In this document: one piece after another, positions 26,170 to 38,625 of the stretch | Layout: each line of letters begins with the position of its first letter | Numbering within the stretch: position 1 is the first letter of the stretch | From: Chiloscyllium plagiosum | Lineage: Eukaryota | Direction of reading: 5' to 3' | Length of the DNA stretch: 64,000 nt | NCBI RefSeq assembly: GCF_004010195.1 | Contig: NC_057719.1 | Location: 23,546,313 to 23,610,312 of the forward strand | Position numbers and translations under genes: made by a program | The notes under the pieces: model-generated | Database searches by the model: none | Seen by the model: the letters and a program-made list of their open reading frames with translations, nothing else | Told to the model about the DNA's origin: nothing

Positions 26170-26490
26170 GCCACAAACAGCAAGTCTGGCAGTATCGGTG
26201 GAGAGAAAGCAGAGTTAATGTTTCAGAGCCTGGTGACTCTTATCAGAACAAATCACTGGACTTGAAGCATTCACTCTTCATGGTGCATCAGTCATGGATG
26301 AATATAGGGTCTGAGTGGGTTACTTTTCAGAGGGTCGGTGTGGACCTGTTGGGCTGAAAGGCCTGTTTCCACACTGTAGGGAATCTACTCTAATCTAAAC
26401 TCTGCTTTGTCCCTACAGATGCCACTAGACCTGCAGGGTTTCTCCAGCAATTTCTCCAGATTTCAAACACATGCAGTTCTTTGTTTTAAT
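26170..26490. mobile_element. Palindromic PLE-derived element interrupted by an HE1 3' fragment (~26300-26397)
   Basis: Arms cagcaagtctggcag..ggagagaaagcagagtt / aactctgctttgtccctacagatgcc; HE1 tail ggcctgtttccacactgtagggaatcta in between. Confidence 0.7.
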
Positions 26491-26654
26491 GTAGCTTGTT
26501 TTGTGCTACTGGCCATAACCAATTTCACACCATTTTACTCTCATTTTTTAACATGGTGCTTATCAAAAATGTTTCTCATGCATCTTTTTCCTCAGTCTCT
26601 CAATGTTCAGGTCAACCTATTCCTGCACAACCAAATCAATTGCTGCAACTAGTA

Positions 26655-26812
26655 TTGCAAGTATACATTGTTATACTTAAAACATTTAAGAAGTATTTAG
26701 ATCAGCCCTTGGAATGCCAAGGTATTACAAGGCTATGGACTAAGTGCTGGAAATGGGATTACAATAATTAGGTGATTGGTTTTGTCTGTTCAGACTCAAT
26801 GGACTGAAGGGC
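26655..26812 (+). mobile_element. CR1 3' fragment
   Basis: acatttaagaagtatttagat...ggctatggactaagtgctggaaatggga...ggactgaagggc. Confidence 0.7.
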
Positions 26813-27379
26813 TAACAAACATCCTGTTAAGCACTCCGAAAGGTAAAGTCTCTGGGCCTGAGATTCCAGAGGTCCTGCAAGAATGTGGACTTTTATAAGG
26901 TTTGTACTTTGTAATGGCCTCTTCGTGGGACAAAGCCATTGGACAATTAAGGAAAGGATCTGTAGTTGAGATGAACATAATCAATCATTTCCAGGTTTGA
27001 TCACCCTTCTCTGATGAGTTGTGAGCTCTTTCCAACAGTTTTCAATAGAACTCTCACTAATTCTCACCCACCAAGACTCCCATTGTGACCTACAAAGGGC
27101 GGAATAGACAGAAAAAGGTAGGAGTAGAGAAACGGGAAGAATCCAGGTAGAGTGGGATTCTGCCCCAATTCTTCCTCCCACATCCAGTGAGGTTCCAACC
27201 TTGATCATCAATAGAGTTTCTCTGTTGGGTTAGCTGGTCTTCTCCAGTGAGACAGTAGGGGTGCTATTAGCACTGAGTTTGGGAACAGATTCTGTTCCTA
27301 ACTGCTATACTACCAAACCTATTGGAAGTGTGAATGCATGTGTGAGAAATATATGCATCCTGAAAGCTGTTAAAATTGT

Positions 27380-27975
27380 GCCAAGAAAGGTGTTTCGCTT
27401 AAAGCAGTTGGAGTCAGTAAACGGACTGAATGTTGTGAAATCGCCGGAAATTAAAGCTCATTGAAACCACGAGGTTTCCAGAACAGGGCTCACAGTCTAA
27501 GGATCAATGGTAGGCCACTTAGGACTGAAATGAGGAGAAATTTCTTAACCCAGTGAGTGGTGAGCCCATGGAATTCTTTGCCACAGAAAATAGTCAAGGA
27601 GAAAACATTGAATTCTTTCAGCAAGGCGATAGATATAGCTCTTAGAGCTAAGGCTCAAAGGGATATGGGGAGAAAGTGGGACATGGCAGTAAGTTGAATG
27701 ATCAAATTGAATGGCAGAGCAGGGCTGAACAGCAGAACTGCTCACTCCTGTTCCTACATTTTTTCTATTTCTATGTTTCTGAGTAACACAAGATTTTTCA
27801 AATAATTATTCTATTAAGCTGGATCACTTGGGCACAGCAAGTGTCCAGCGAGTGGACGTAAATGGAATAGTGTAGGTTAGATGGGCTTCAGATTGGTATG
27901 ATAGGTCGTTGCAATATCAAGGGCTGAAGGGCCTGTACTGCGCTGTAATGTTCTATGTTCTATCTATGTTCTATG
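27380..27975 (+). mobile_element. Two CR1 3' ends (to ~27780 and 27855-27975)
   Basis: gaggagaaatttcttaacccag; tails ttctatgtttct and gttctatgttctat. Confidence 0.75.
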
Positions 27976-28701
27976 ATTCGTAAATATTAGCGTGCATACA
28001 CGCAAAGGAATCCACTCAATTTTCCTATAAATCTAATGGACCTAAACACACCCCCAATAAGTTCTCACTAATTTTCAAAACCATAAGCTCCTCTGCCCTT
28101 TTGATGCTACCAATATGCATAAAATAAATGTACTGTCACAGTGTGCTTGAAAAGAATTGGCACTAGTCTTTATTTCTCTTGTACCGAACTGTCTATAACT
28201 CCCAGGCTCCCTTTCCCCGTGCTACAGAATGGCATGACAGCTGGGCTCTGCAGAGCATTCCACTGGTGACAAATCGGACATGCCAGCTCCATCACACTTG
28301 GTGTGTCTTCATCGAGCAAGTTGTCTGTCAACTTCTCTCCCGTTCTGCTGACAACAGCAGGAACCAGTCAGCCTTTAACTGCCGATTAGCAATGTGTCAG
28401 CAATATTGTGAAGCGCCAAACAGTTTTGAACTACTCACTGCCTTCGCTACCTAGAGGATGAAATTGCAATGCATGAAGTCTCTTGAAAAAGATTTCAAGG
28501 TCAGTGGACAACCAGCTGCCTTCCTTTATGTTAGATGCTACAATTTGGTCTATGAATATTCATCACCCTTGTACAGAGTATAGTCGTCTCCATATGTTTA
28601 ATTTCTTATATTATTCCAGTAAAGCAAGGCTTTTCAGCCAGTGGTGATGAGATGAAATTTAACTTAAAGCATGTTGACAGCTGTCTGCAAAATGTTCTGG
28701 G

Positions 28702-28903
28702 AGAAAGTGAGGACTGCAGATGCTGGAGATCAGAAATGAAAATGTGTTGCTGGAAAAGCACAGCAGGTCAGGCAGCATTCAAGGAGCAGGAGAATTGATG
28801 TTTCGGGCATGAGCCTGAAGAAGGGCTCATGCCCAAAACGTCGATTCTCCTGCTCCTTGGATGCTGCCTGACCTGCTGCACTTTTCCAGCAACACATTTT
28901 CAG
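28702..28903. mobile_element. Palindromic PLE-derived insertion
   Basis: TSD TGCAAAATGTTCTGGG at 28686-28701 and 28904-28919. The arms meet at the hammerhead. The empty site is visible in the paralogous arm at ~29825-29840. Confidence 0.95.
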
Positions 28904-29134
28904 TGCAAAATGTTCTGGGGCTAACAAGTGGGAGATCCCACCAAATGTAGCGCAGTTCCCTCTACAGGGGGACTGTCAGTGACACAGACCAGCGACACAA
29001 CTTTGACCATCAGAGTCAAGGTCTTCACTGAGACACACAAGCTGCAAAATTCAACCGCAACCAAAAGCAGCTGCAGGGATCAGGGCACATAATTAACACA
29101 TTCTATGCTGCCTGTTTATGTAAGGGAAGATGAT

Positions 29135-29405
29135 GATGCAGTGGTGAGGATACTGGGCTAGTTTGGAAGCAGGAATTTGAACCACTTCAAGGCGGATGGT
29201 GAATCTTGAATTCAGTAAAAAGCTAGGTCAATGTTTTTTGTTGTACAAAACGACCTTGTCCACTTAATACTGTTTAGGGAATGAAATCTGCCCTCCTCAC
29301 CTTGCCTGGCCTACGTATAATTCCAGATCCATGGTAATATGGGTGAATGTTAACCACCTTGGAAATTTAGGAACAGACAGTAACTCACATGAAGAAACAA
29401 AATAA
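29135..29405 (+). mobile_element. Degenerate tRNA-SINE (family of 42565-42918)
   Basis: gcagtggtgaggatactgggctag...gaatcttgaattcagtaaa...tttagggaatgaaatctgccctcctcaccttgcctggcctacgt. Confidence 0.6.
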
Positions 29406-30829
29406 ACTTTTAGCAGCATGTAGCAAATACAATTCAGTGTGTGCCTGAGTGAGTGGTGTGAAATGACAAGAGACTAGCATGGGCTAAAGCTAGCCTGTGT
29501 GACGTAAGACAAGTCTGTAGCCAGTGCAGCAAGTTATTCTACAACTGATTCTGAATTTAAGCCAGAAACGTAGTGCAGGATAATAGAAACAGGCCCCGAG
29601 AGTTTCTGATGCTGCACTGATGGCTTTGCTAAAGGAGCTGGAGAATGGGAGAGATCCACAGGAAGTAAAACTGAAATACTCAGAATGTGCAATGACAGTA
29701 GCATGTTACCAGGCATCTCCCCTCTCTACCTCTAGCCAAAGTTAGTCAGGTCAGGTCTGTGTCACTGATGGTCCCCCTGTAGAGGGAACTGCGCTGGATT
29801 TGGTGGGATCTCCCACTTGTTAGCCCCAGAACATTTTGCAGGCAGCTGTCAACATGCTTTAAGTTAAATTTCATCTCATCACCACTGGCTGAAAAGCCTT
29901 GCCTTACTTGAATAATATAAGAAATTAACTGGCCTCACACACTACTCAATGTACCAGCCCTTCCCTTTTTAAAAAATCTCTGATGGTTATAATTTATGCC
30001 TAATATTCATACCTTCATCTTACCCTCACAGGCTTAGCATGACTGTAAGCCTCACCCCCACATCTTCCAGTGTACTCTCGCAGTCATAATGTACAAAAAC
30101 AGCAGAAAGATTTTCCCTCAAAATGTCCAAGAAAAATTCAATCACAGAGCGCTCTTGAAGATTCATTTGGGATAGGATAGCAAAGCAGGCTATTGGCATG
30201 CACAATTATATGCCTGTATTGATTGACTCGCCAGAAATTTGCAATCAATATTAATGTTAATTGCATCAATCTTTGCACAGAGCTTCAAGTGCATTCTTTA
30301 CGACATGGAAGTGACAGTCAATTTCATTCACACACTGGCAGACCAGGCCATGATGCAGTTTCAGATGAATGATATATCAGGCTTCAGTCTCATACATACA
30401 GAAGCCGCACAATGTGAGAGTGAAAGAGGAGAATCTCCAACTGAAGGCAGGCAAGGTGAGACTGTCCTTAGATGTACGGTCAGCCAAATGGTTGAGCTGG
30501 TTAGGAAATTAGTTGCACATCAGAAGACAGAAAGTAGGAATAATGGGTGGGTCTAATTGGCAGGATGTGACCAGTGGTGCCCTGCAGAGGTCGAAGTTAG
30601 ACCCCAATTGTTCACTGTATTTTTGAGATGATGGGGTCGAAGAGTACATTCCGGCTTGATCCCATAAAGAATACTGAATGAACCCTCAAGATATCATTAG
30701 GTTTAAGGGTACTCTTGGGGAGAATTGGGAACTAAAAGGGAAAACTAGATTTAGTCAAAATCTTGACAGACTAAAATGTTAACTTAGTGGTACTGGCTTT
30801 GTAGTTTTTAAGATATATATGTACACTCC

Positions 30830-31180
30830 AGATAAAATCATGAGGGGCATGGATCGGATAAATAGACAAAGTCTTTTCCCTGGGGTGGGAGAGTCCAGAA
30901 CTAGAGGACATAGGTTTAGGGTGAGAGGGGAAAGATATAAAATAGACCTAAGAGGCAACTTTGTCACTCAGAGGATGGTACGTGTATGGAATGAGCTGCC
31001 AGAGGAAGTGATGGAGGCAACATTTAAAAGGCATCTGGATGGGTATTTGAATAGGAAGGATTTGGAGGGATATGGGCCGGGTGCTGGTAGATGGAACTAG
31101 ATTGGGTTGGGATATCTGGTCAGCATGGATGAGTTGGACCGAAAGGTCTGTTTCCGTGCTGTACATCTCCATGACTCTAT
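30830..31180 (+). mobile_element. CR1 3' end
   Basis: KIMRGMDRINRQSLFPGVGESRTRGHRF; tail catctccatgactcta. Confidence 0.92.
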
Positions 31181-32124
31181 AAGTGTCGTTCTGCATACAC
31201 ATTAAGTGGCAAATCAAATAATAGCATGGGAGGCACTTAATTTCAATAACCCCATTTTTTTCTAAAAATCCACTTGTTTTATACTTTAAATGCATGTCAT
31301 GTATCAATTAGATTGCAGTCGCACCTCACTGTAATACTGCCTCTGAGGCATTTTTGCTTCTGTTTCCAAAGTATAGAAAAGTGAGCAAATATTTAAAAAA
31401 GCATCAGCAGGTGCTTTCTCGTTGCATTTACCAATAATAGCCTGTCTAATTAGCCCCTGTAGCAACCAGGAAAAAAATCTTGAAATAGTTCAGTACTTTA
31501 AGCATTGCTAATAGCATTAAACTACACAAGACATCATTTAGCTATAATTTAGCATTGGTCCTAAAGTGATTAGAACTGCACCAAGAGTATAATGGAGACA
31601 GTTAAACGATGGTATTCTGTATAATGTATGAAGAAAAATCAATAGCTAAGAATGATTAAAAGCAGTATTTCCAGTGAAGAGAGCAGAAGTTGTGAACTGT
31701 GTAAAAGTACTGATTGACAGTTCTAGTCAGTGTTTTGTAAGCATTCGGTATTAAGACAGACAGCAGTAACCAGGACTCTCCATATAGTTCATACTGGATG
31801 AAATCTGTAAACAGGAAATAACAGTTAAGAAATAACAGCTGAAAATTCTTTGTAAAATGCTACATCATTAATTGAAAATGAGCAACACAATCAGCATTAA
31901 TTATCAGGAAATACATTTGAATTGTTTTCTTGTTTCAAAAGTCTCCAAATAGGAAACAGGTTATATAACTTTCTATCTGCAATGAAATGCAGAATTTCTA
32001 ATTGGTTGGTGACTGCATTATTAAACATTTTTTTGTCCCTGACTAAAAATGTCAGGTATTTACGAAGAACAAAACTCCAAGGTCAGATCTTTAACATCAC
32101 TTGAAACAACAGTCCTAATTAAAA

Positions 32125-33230
32125 TGGAGTCATAGAGTCATTGAGATCAACAGCGCAGAATAGGGTATTTTATTCTATCAAGTCTGTGCTGGTCAAAAAC
32201 AAGCACCTAACTATTGTGACGATGTTATGGCTTTGAAAGGTTATTTTGTTCTGGGTTAGTTAAAGAGATGTTTTAAGACAGAGGTACCAAACTGTCCACT
32301 TGGCAAGTCAGTCAAGTAAACAGCTTGCGAGAACAACAAATCCTTGAGGTCACAATGGGTCAGGCAGCATCCATGGAGAGAGAGCAAGTGAACATTTCGA
32401 ATCTAGAGCTCTGCTGAAGAATCATCTCAACTCGAAATGTTAGCTTGCTCTGTCTGCATGGATGGTCCCTGACAAGCTGTGATCTCCAGCATTTGTTTTC
32501 AGTACAGATTCCAGCATCTGCAGTAATTTGCTCAAACAGATTGTGAAGCCTTGGTTTTTTTTCAGTTGGAACAAAAAAAGCAGCCTGGTTGGGTGTGGCC
32601 GGCTCTAACAGAGTAGGATTTCTAGGTTTTTTTCAGTTTTTAGGTTTAGCTCTGGGGTTTTCCTCTACTGCTGGGTTACCTGTGAGACAAAATCTATCTT
32701 TCAAAATTTGCCTTTCTGCCAAGGGGTATGTTTACGGGATGCTACTATATTAGAACAGTTAATTAGTCATAGTGACTGGATCTATTATTCTTTTAAGTTT
32801 TCCAATCAAGTTAAGTTTATTCTCACAGAAACAGATGTTGCTGGAAAAGGTCAGCAGGTCTGGAAGCATTTGTGAAGAGAACCCAAAGTCAATATTTCAG
32901 GTCCAGTGATCCTTCCTCAGAACTGGTTTATTCTAAGTTCTTCTTTCTTTTGTTGTATTTTAACTATATAAATAAATTGTGCTTTGCCTAACATCGAGTA
33001 TTTGGACCAGTTGCATTACAAATGACACCTTACATTTGCCACTAAAATATGAAAAATTTAGAGTCTAGGCTACCTTCTGAAAATATTTTGAGTGGGTCTG
33101 ATCTGGTTCATAATGCTATTGTAATCTCATTTTCCAGCACTGGGCCTATATCCTTGTACGCCTTGGCATCACAAGTATACATCTAAATGTTTCTTAAATG
33201 TTATGAAGGTTTCTGCCTACACCAACTATT
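32125..33230 (-). mobile_element. CR1 3' end split by a solo LTR
   Basis: Tail gagtcatagagtc at 32128; sequence resumes at 33116 (ctattgtaatctcattttccagcac). Confidence 0.75.
32215..33115 (+). mobile_element. Probable solo LTR carrying two PLE insertions (32331-32533, 32824-32925)
   Basis: Starts TGTGA, ends TCATAATG (degenerate), CTAT on both sides, AATAAA at ~32971. Inner TSDs AAACAG(C/A)TTG(C/T)GA and GTTTATTCT. Confidence 0.65.
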
Positions 33231-33422
33231 CAATGGGGAAGAGAGAAATATGCTCCAAATACTTACCTGCTTTCCTGTTGTGTCATATTTTGACATTTCT
33301 TTTTTTTTCAAAAGTGCAAACTCCCCACCACCACTTTTAACTGTGACTCTCTGACACTGTTTTCTCTGACCATCACTCTGTCTAACTCCTCTCGATTTCT
33401 CCTCCTTCCAGCTTTATTTGTT

Positions 33423-34326
33423 TGTCCATCCCCTCCACTCTGTTGGGATACAAGGTGGCGTGTGCTGTTGTTGCTGGTGTTGCTCTTACTGATGCTGAGC
33501 CAAGTTGTGTTAGGCTACATGTTTGAATCTCAGCAGAGGTAGAAAACGGAGGTGCCTAAACTGTCCCCATGCAGTGTTTAAGGGTAGCGGTAGGAGAATT
33601 GCAGCTGAAAATGAATAAAGCACAAGACAGCTAACGTGCCTTCCAGGCAGTTGGCATTCACCTGTCAAGCAGTGAGAGACTCTTAGAGAAGAAGTGTTTC
33701 TCATAGAAATCTCTCGGTGGCTGTGGCTGGGCACTTCAAGCTGTCTCAGCCTGTCAGCTTCACCGAAGAAGCTCTTTCCACTGTGCACTCATCTGTGAAA
33801 CACCTCCCTCACTAACTGGCAAGTTGCTGACAGATGAAGAAAACAATTTCCCAAGATTCGCATTTAAAAAGGCCAATAAGCAGTTTCTTATCAATCTCAA
33901 TAACTTGTTACTCACCCAACAGGTCCAGGAGGCTTTACTACTAGCTATCAATACCTGTGGGACATCTGGGCACAATGGGCACTATTGCCTCACAGCATCA
34001 AAGACCCGAGTTTGATTCTACCCTCAAGCTGTGTGGAGTTTGCACATTCTCCCTGTGTCTGCGTGAGTTTTCTCCAGGTGCTCTGGCTTCTCCCACAGTC
34101 CAAAGATGGGCAGATTAGGTGGATTGGCCGTGCGAAATACGGGGTTAGAGGATAGGGGGAGTGGGTCTGGGTGGGTTGCTCTTTAAAGTTTAGGCACCTC
34201 CGTTTTCTACCTCTGCTGAGATTCAAACATGTAGCCTAACACAACTTGGCTCAGCAGCAGTAAGAGCAAAACCAGCAACAACAGCACAAGCCACCTTGTA
34301 TCCCAACAGAGTGGAGGGGATGGACA
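33423..34326. repeat. Inverted duplication with 140-bp arms (33423-33562; 34187-34326)
   Basis: Reverse-complement comparison gives 3 mismatches in 140 bp; the right arm interrupts an HE1 SINE. Confidence 0.95.
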
Positions 34327-34378
34327 CACACACTTAATGGGCCAAATGGTCTGCTTCCACACTGTAAGGATTCTATGC
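33965..34378 (+). mobile_element. HE1-type V-SINE interrupted at 34187-34326
   Basis: gcactattgcctcacagc...tgtgtggagtttgcacattctccc...cccacagtccaaagat...; tail cttccacactgtaaggattctatg resumes after 34330. Confidence 0.88.
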
Positions 34379-34551
34379 TCTGAAGAGAGTCAAAATCACA
34401 CTCATGATGGGAATTTCCATTTATATGCCCCAAGCCAACCTCCACTTCATTGAAAAGAATTAAATCCAAGTTTCACTTTTTCACCAGTTGCCAAACTAAT
34501 TTTGCCCTTAATGTTGCTAAATCTCTGCAAACCCCCAGAAAGATACTACCT

Positions 34552-34725
34552 GAACAAAAAGGGAAGTTGCTGGCAAAACTCAACAGATCAGCAGCATCCG
34601 TGGGAAGAAAGTAGAGTTAACATTTCAAGGCCAGTGACCCTTCATCAGTTCTGAAGAAGCTGAGGTTTGCCAGTAATTTATATTTTTATTTCAGATCTCC
34701 AGCATCTGCAGTTCTTTGTTTTACT
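34552..34725. mobile_element. Palindromic short PLE-derived element
   Basis: gttgctggcaaaactcaacag...gtgacccttcatcag followed by the inverted ctgaggtttgccag...cagatctccagcatctgcag. Confidence 0.75.
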
Positions 34726-35594
34726 TTTGTTTTATTTTATTATTTACCGCCTGCACATCTGTTGACACATGTACACACACAAACAGGTATACTTGACTTA
34801 AATATCTAGTGTTAAATTACATGTAAAGACTGGCAAGCCTCAAGTGAATAGCTACACTATGCCAGATCTTATCAAACCACAAACAGATCAGGAGAAACAA
34901 AAACACAGGAGACTCATCAAGATTTTAATTGCTGGCTTGGACAATCAGAACTCAGGCTAATAATCAACCAACAGATTTGTACGCAAAGAAAATAAGTTAG
35001 TTTTTAAATTGGATTGCAATCAATATTCCTTAGAGCATAACATAATACATGGTTCTTACAACAGATTGTGCATGTACCATTTTGCTACTTATTATTGCCT
35101 AGTTTTCCCTTCTTATTTCAATATGTTCTTCTGCTGAGGGAGCAGGATATGCATTAATGCACAGTTCTGTGATTAGTAGCAGGGTGAGGTAGGCAGTATG
35201 CATTTCCTCTCATGAGGTGGCCCAATCTGGCATCACAAGGTGTTCAAGTCTGAACTATGGCTCAGACCTGACAAAACCCCTGGCAGCTGAAGTAGGTAAT
35301 TTTGAGTGATAGGATACAGTGGGATTTCAATACCCTCCACAACTGCTAGCCTGCATGGCTGACCTAGTTTATTTTCTCATTATGTTAAATTATGTTTTAG
35401 GATTGCAATTTTCCAGGAATTTCGAAGGAAAATTGACAAAAAGTGTTACCTCAATTCCAATCTCTATGATCAAATCATCCTTTACTAAGCATTCAATGCT
35501 ATTAATTTTGAATATCAAAGTTAGAATTAAATAATCTTTTCCACTTTCATCATTGACATTTTCATATTTGAATTACAGTGCAAATCTATTTAAT

Positions 35595-36255
35595 AAACCG
35601 ATTGCTCAGCAATAACCTGCTCAGAGATGTCCAGGGGGTCTGAGTAGTCTGGCGGTCATTTCCAAGATGTCTTTGATGTAGGGGAGAGTGGCTAGGGTTT
35701 CTGATCGTGTTTTGTCTGCTTATTTGGGTTTGTTGCCGAGAAATTGGTGCACTGTTTTCATTGGATATCCATTCTTTTTCAATACACGGTATAGGTGATA
35801 TAGCCACCAGGATACATGAACATCAACTAGCCACAAAACAACATGACCCTCTCTCACTAGTATCCTTACATACAGATAAGGAAGGACACCACTTCGATTG
35901 GGACAACACATCCATCCCAGGAGAAGCCAAACAGAGACACGCACTAGAATTCCTAGAAGCATGGCATTCCAACAAATACATTGAGTTAGACCACATTTAC
36001 CACTACCTGAGAAAAAGAACAGGAAATGGCATCACCACAGGAAATGACATCACCACAGGAAAAGACATCACCAACCCAAAGAAACCCAAACATATAAATA
36101 GAAAGCAGGAATCAGCAGCAGTTCTTCGTCAGGAGGCCCACTGAAGATGTTACCTAGTAGGGTGACAAAACATCTGAAAATAAACCTTCCAGCTCACCGA
36201 GCAAACCTACATCCAGAACCTCAACCTGAGCTACAAATTTTCTCAAAACTCTCTA
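35595..36255. mobile_element. Poseidon/Penelope-type PLE with inverted 5' segment
   Basis: The minus piece encodes LYRVLKKNGYPMKTVHQFLGNKPK. The plus piece encodes ATRIHEHQLATKQHDPLS...LEAWHS, an 18-bp x3 tandem at 36021-36075 and a degenerate hammerhead at 36141. Confidence 0.88.
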
Positions 36256-36264
36256 ATTTACTAG

Positions 36265-36576
36265 GGCTCTTTCGACAGCACCTTCCAAACCTACAGCCAC
36301 TACAATGAAGGGCAGGAAATAAACGTGAACCAGCATCTGCAATTTCTCCTCCAGGGTGCTCATCACCCTGGTTTGGAAAGACATTGCCATTCCTTTACTG
36401 TTGGTGGGTCAAAGTCCTGTACTCCCTCTCTACCAATACTGTGAATGCACTCTCAGCAAACGGACTGCAGCTGTTTAAGAAGGCAGCTCACCAGGACCTT
36501 CTCAAGGGAAAGAAAGGAATGGCAATAAATATTGGACCAGGCAATGATGCCCACTTCCCATGAATGAATAAAAAAG
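36265..36576 (+). mobile_element. Old CR1-group (L2/Crack-like) LINE 3' end
   Basis: gacagcaccttccaaacc...ggactgcagctgtttaagaaggcagctcacc...ggcaataaat...catgaatgaataaaaaa. Confidence 0.8.
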
Positions 36577-37876
36577 AAGTTACAAATATGATGAGGTATA
36601 ACAAACCTATTTATTTTCATTTATGCAATGGAAAATGTCTGATTTTAAAAACAAATCGAAAATGTACTGGATGGCATTTAATAAAGCGGAAATTTTGTAG
36701 ACTTTCCCACAATTGAAGGTCACAGAGCTGTTAAATAACAAGCTATTCACGATTATCAGAATAAAACATAAAAAAAAAGACAATGAGCAGACATTCCACA
36801 GCATGGCATCACGGCTAGTTCAAAATATAGTCAATTTGCAAATAACTACCTTACTTTCTGATATTTCTTTGAATTTAAAATCTGAAATTGGTGCTGATCT
36901 TATGGAAAAAGACAATTTGGCGAGACATGTGGATTGATGTTTCCTCATCTTCCGTAAGAGTTCAACGTCATAATTTGTTTTCTACATAACACTTAGTCAT
37001 GGAGTGGCAACTATCAGGTGGCATATCAAGTTAAAACACAGCTTCACAACTGAAGAACTTTTAAAACTATACAAGAATTTATTACAAACAGAGGACAACG
37101 AGAGTTCAATAATTCTCTCATCAATTAATCTGATCATTCAGATTCCTAGCAGTTTAACAATCCAATGTCGGCTTTTCAAAACGGTGATCAACGATCAGGT
37201 GAAATTGAAGCTGGAAGTTGACTGCTTAGAATTTACTTAGTGGGAATTGTTCTTTCCGGTTGAAAGTAGTTCTAAGAAAGATGATGCAACATTGAAAATA
37301 AATAGCTATTTGTTGCTTTGATAGATGCTGACAAGTAAAATTTTAAACCAAAAAAATTCATGCCTTAAAATGCAAATTTTGAAAATTTAATTATTTCACA
37401 CTAATTTTGTTGGAGATGTTTTACTGGAAGATTTTAATGTATGATCCACTTAATTATTAAGCATTGCCATTCTGAACTGTACGTCAACTATTAGAAATCA
37501 GTTTGTTCTGGAACCAGTCAGCGCAATATATTAAAATTGTATTCTTGGCTTATTGTGTTCCAGCTGTTGGAGAGTAAGAAGGGCCTTTATTACTTGGCTG
37601 CTGACAAAGGCTTCAAATACTTAAGAAGCAATAAAATTTCAAGCTCTCTTTCAGTGGATAGAAAATCACAAAACACCCTGAAATTCTGCATAAATCCCAG
37701 CACAACGTCGTGGAGTTCAAATTTCGAGTTATGGTCAAATGCAGAACTAAATTTAATATCAGATTAAAAGACTCAGAGAAAAATTGGGTTTACACTCATG
37801 AAACCTATCAAATAAAAAGATGCATCAGATTGATCTGGAATGTGAAGCATTAGTTAAAGAGGTCACCCTTCGCATT

Positions 37877-38159
37877 GATTTGGAGATGCTGGAGTTGGAC
37901 TGGGTGTACAGTTAAAATCACACAACACCAGATTATAGGCCAGCAGATTTAATTGAAAGCACTAGCTTTTGGAGCATTGCTCATTCATCATGTGGTTGTG
38001 GAGTATAAGATCATAAGACACAGAATTTATAGCAAAAGTTTACAGTGTGATGTAACTGAAATTATATATTGAAAAAGACCTGGATTGTTTATTAAGTCTC
38101 TCATCTTTTAGAATGAACATGTTGGTTTCAGTTCTTTCATATGTAAATCGCAGAACTTT
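37877..38159 (-). mobile_element. PLE pLTR fragment (Neptune-type)
   Basis: Homologous to 11521-11855 and 61840-62090; flanked by GCATT on both sides. Confidence 0.85.
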
Positions 38160-38304
38160 GCATTAGTCAAGAATTTTTAATTGTAATAAATGTCTCAGTA
38201 TGTTAATCTTTAAAGAGAAGACGCCTGCTAACAGAAACCCTGTGCATGTCTTAAGAAACATTTGTTCTAATTTGACAAGATATTACAGAGAAGGAAAAAA
38301 TTTA

Positions 38305-38625
38305 TCAGTGGCTCACTGATTAGCCCTGCCGCCTCACAGTTTGATCCCAGCCTCAGGTGACTGTCTGTGTGGAGTTTGCATGTTCTCCATATCCCTGTAT
38401 GGGTTTCCACCAGGTGCTCTGATTTCCTCCTACAGTCCAAAGGTGTGCAGGTTTGGTAGATTGGCCATGCCAAACTGTCTGTGGTGTCTCAGGGATGTAT
38501 AGTCTATGTGGATTACTTATGTTAAATGTGGGATTACAGAAATGGGCTGGGGGTTGAGTCTGATGGGATACTCTTCCCAAGATCAGTGCAGACGTGATGG
38601 GCCAAATGGCTGATTTTATGATTTT
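38305..38625 (+). mobile_element. HE1-type V-SINE
   Basis: gtggctcactgattagccctgccgcctcacag; gtgtggagtttgcatgttctcc; tacagtccaaaggtgtgcagg. Confidence 0.85.

Larger units (their letters stand above)
28598..29928. repeat. Inverted repeat pair with 175-bp arms (28598-28990 minus a PLE insertion; 29754-29928)
   Basis: Direct reverse-complement comparison shows near identity (a handful of mismatches); both outer ends are TTAA. Confidence 0.95.

Noticed and set aside
28955..28975. CTCF-like motif (CCCTCTACAGGGGGAC) in both inverted arms
   Set aside because: Only a loose match to the core consensus; unsupported without a PWM scan or ChIP data.
36600..37800. Cluster of 65-78 aa ORFs in AT-rich unique DNA
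   Set aside because: No recognisable domains or exon structure; lengths are compatible with chance.
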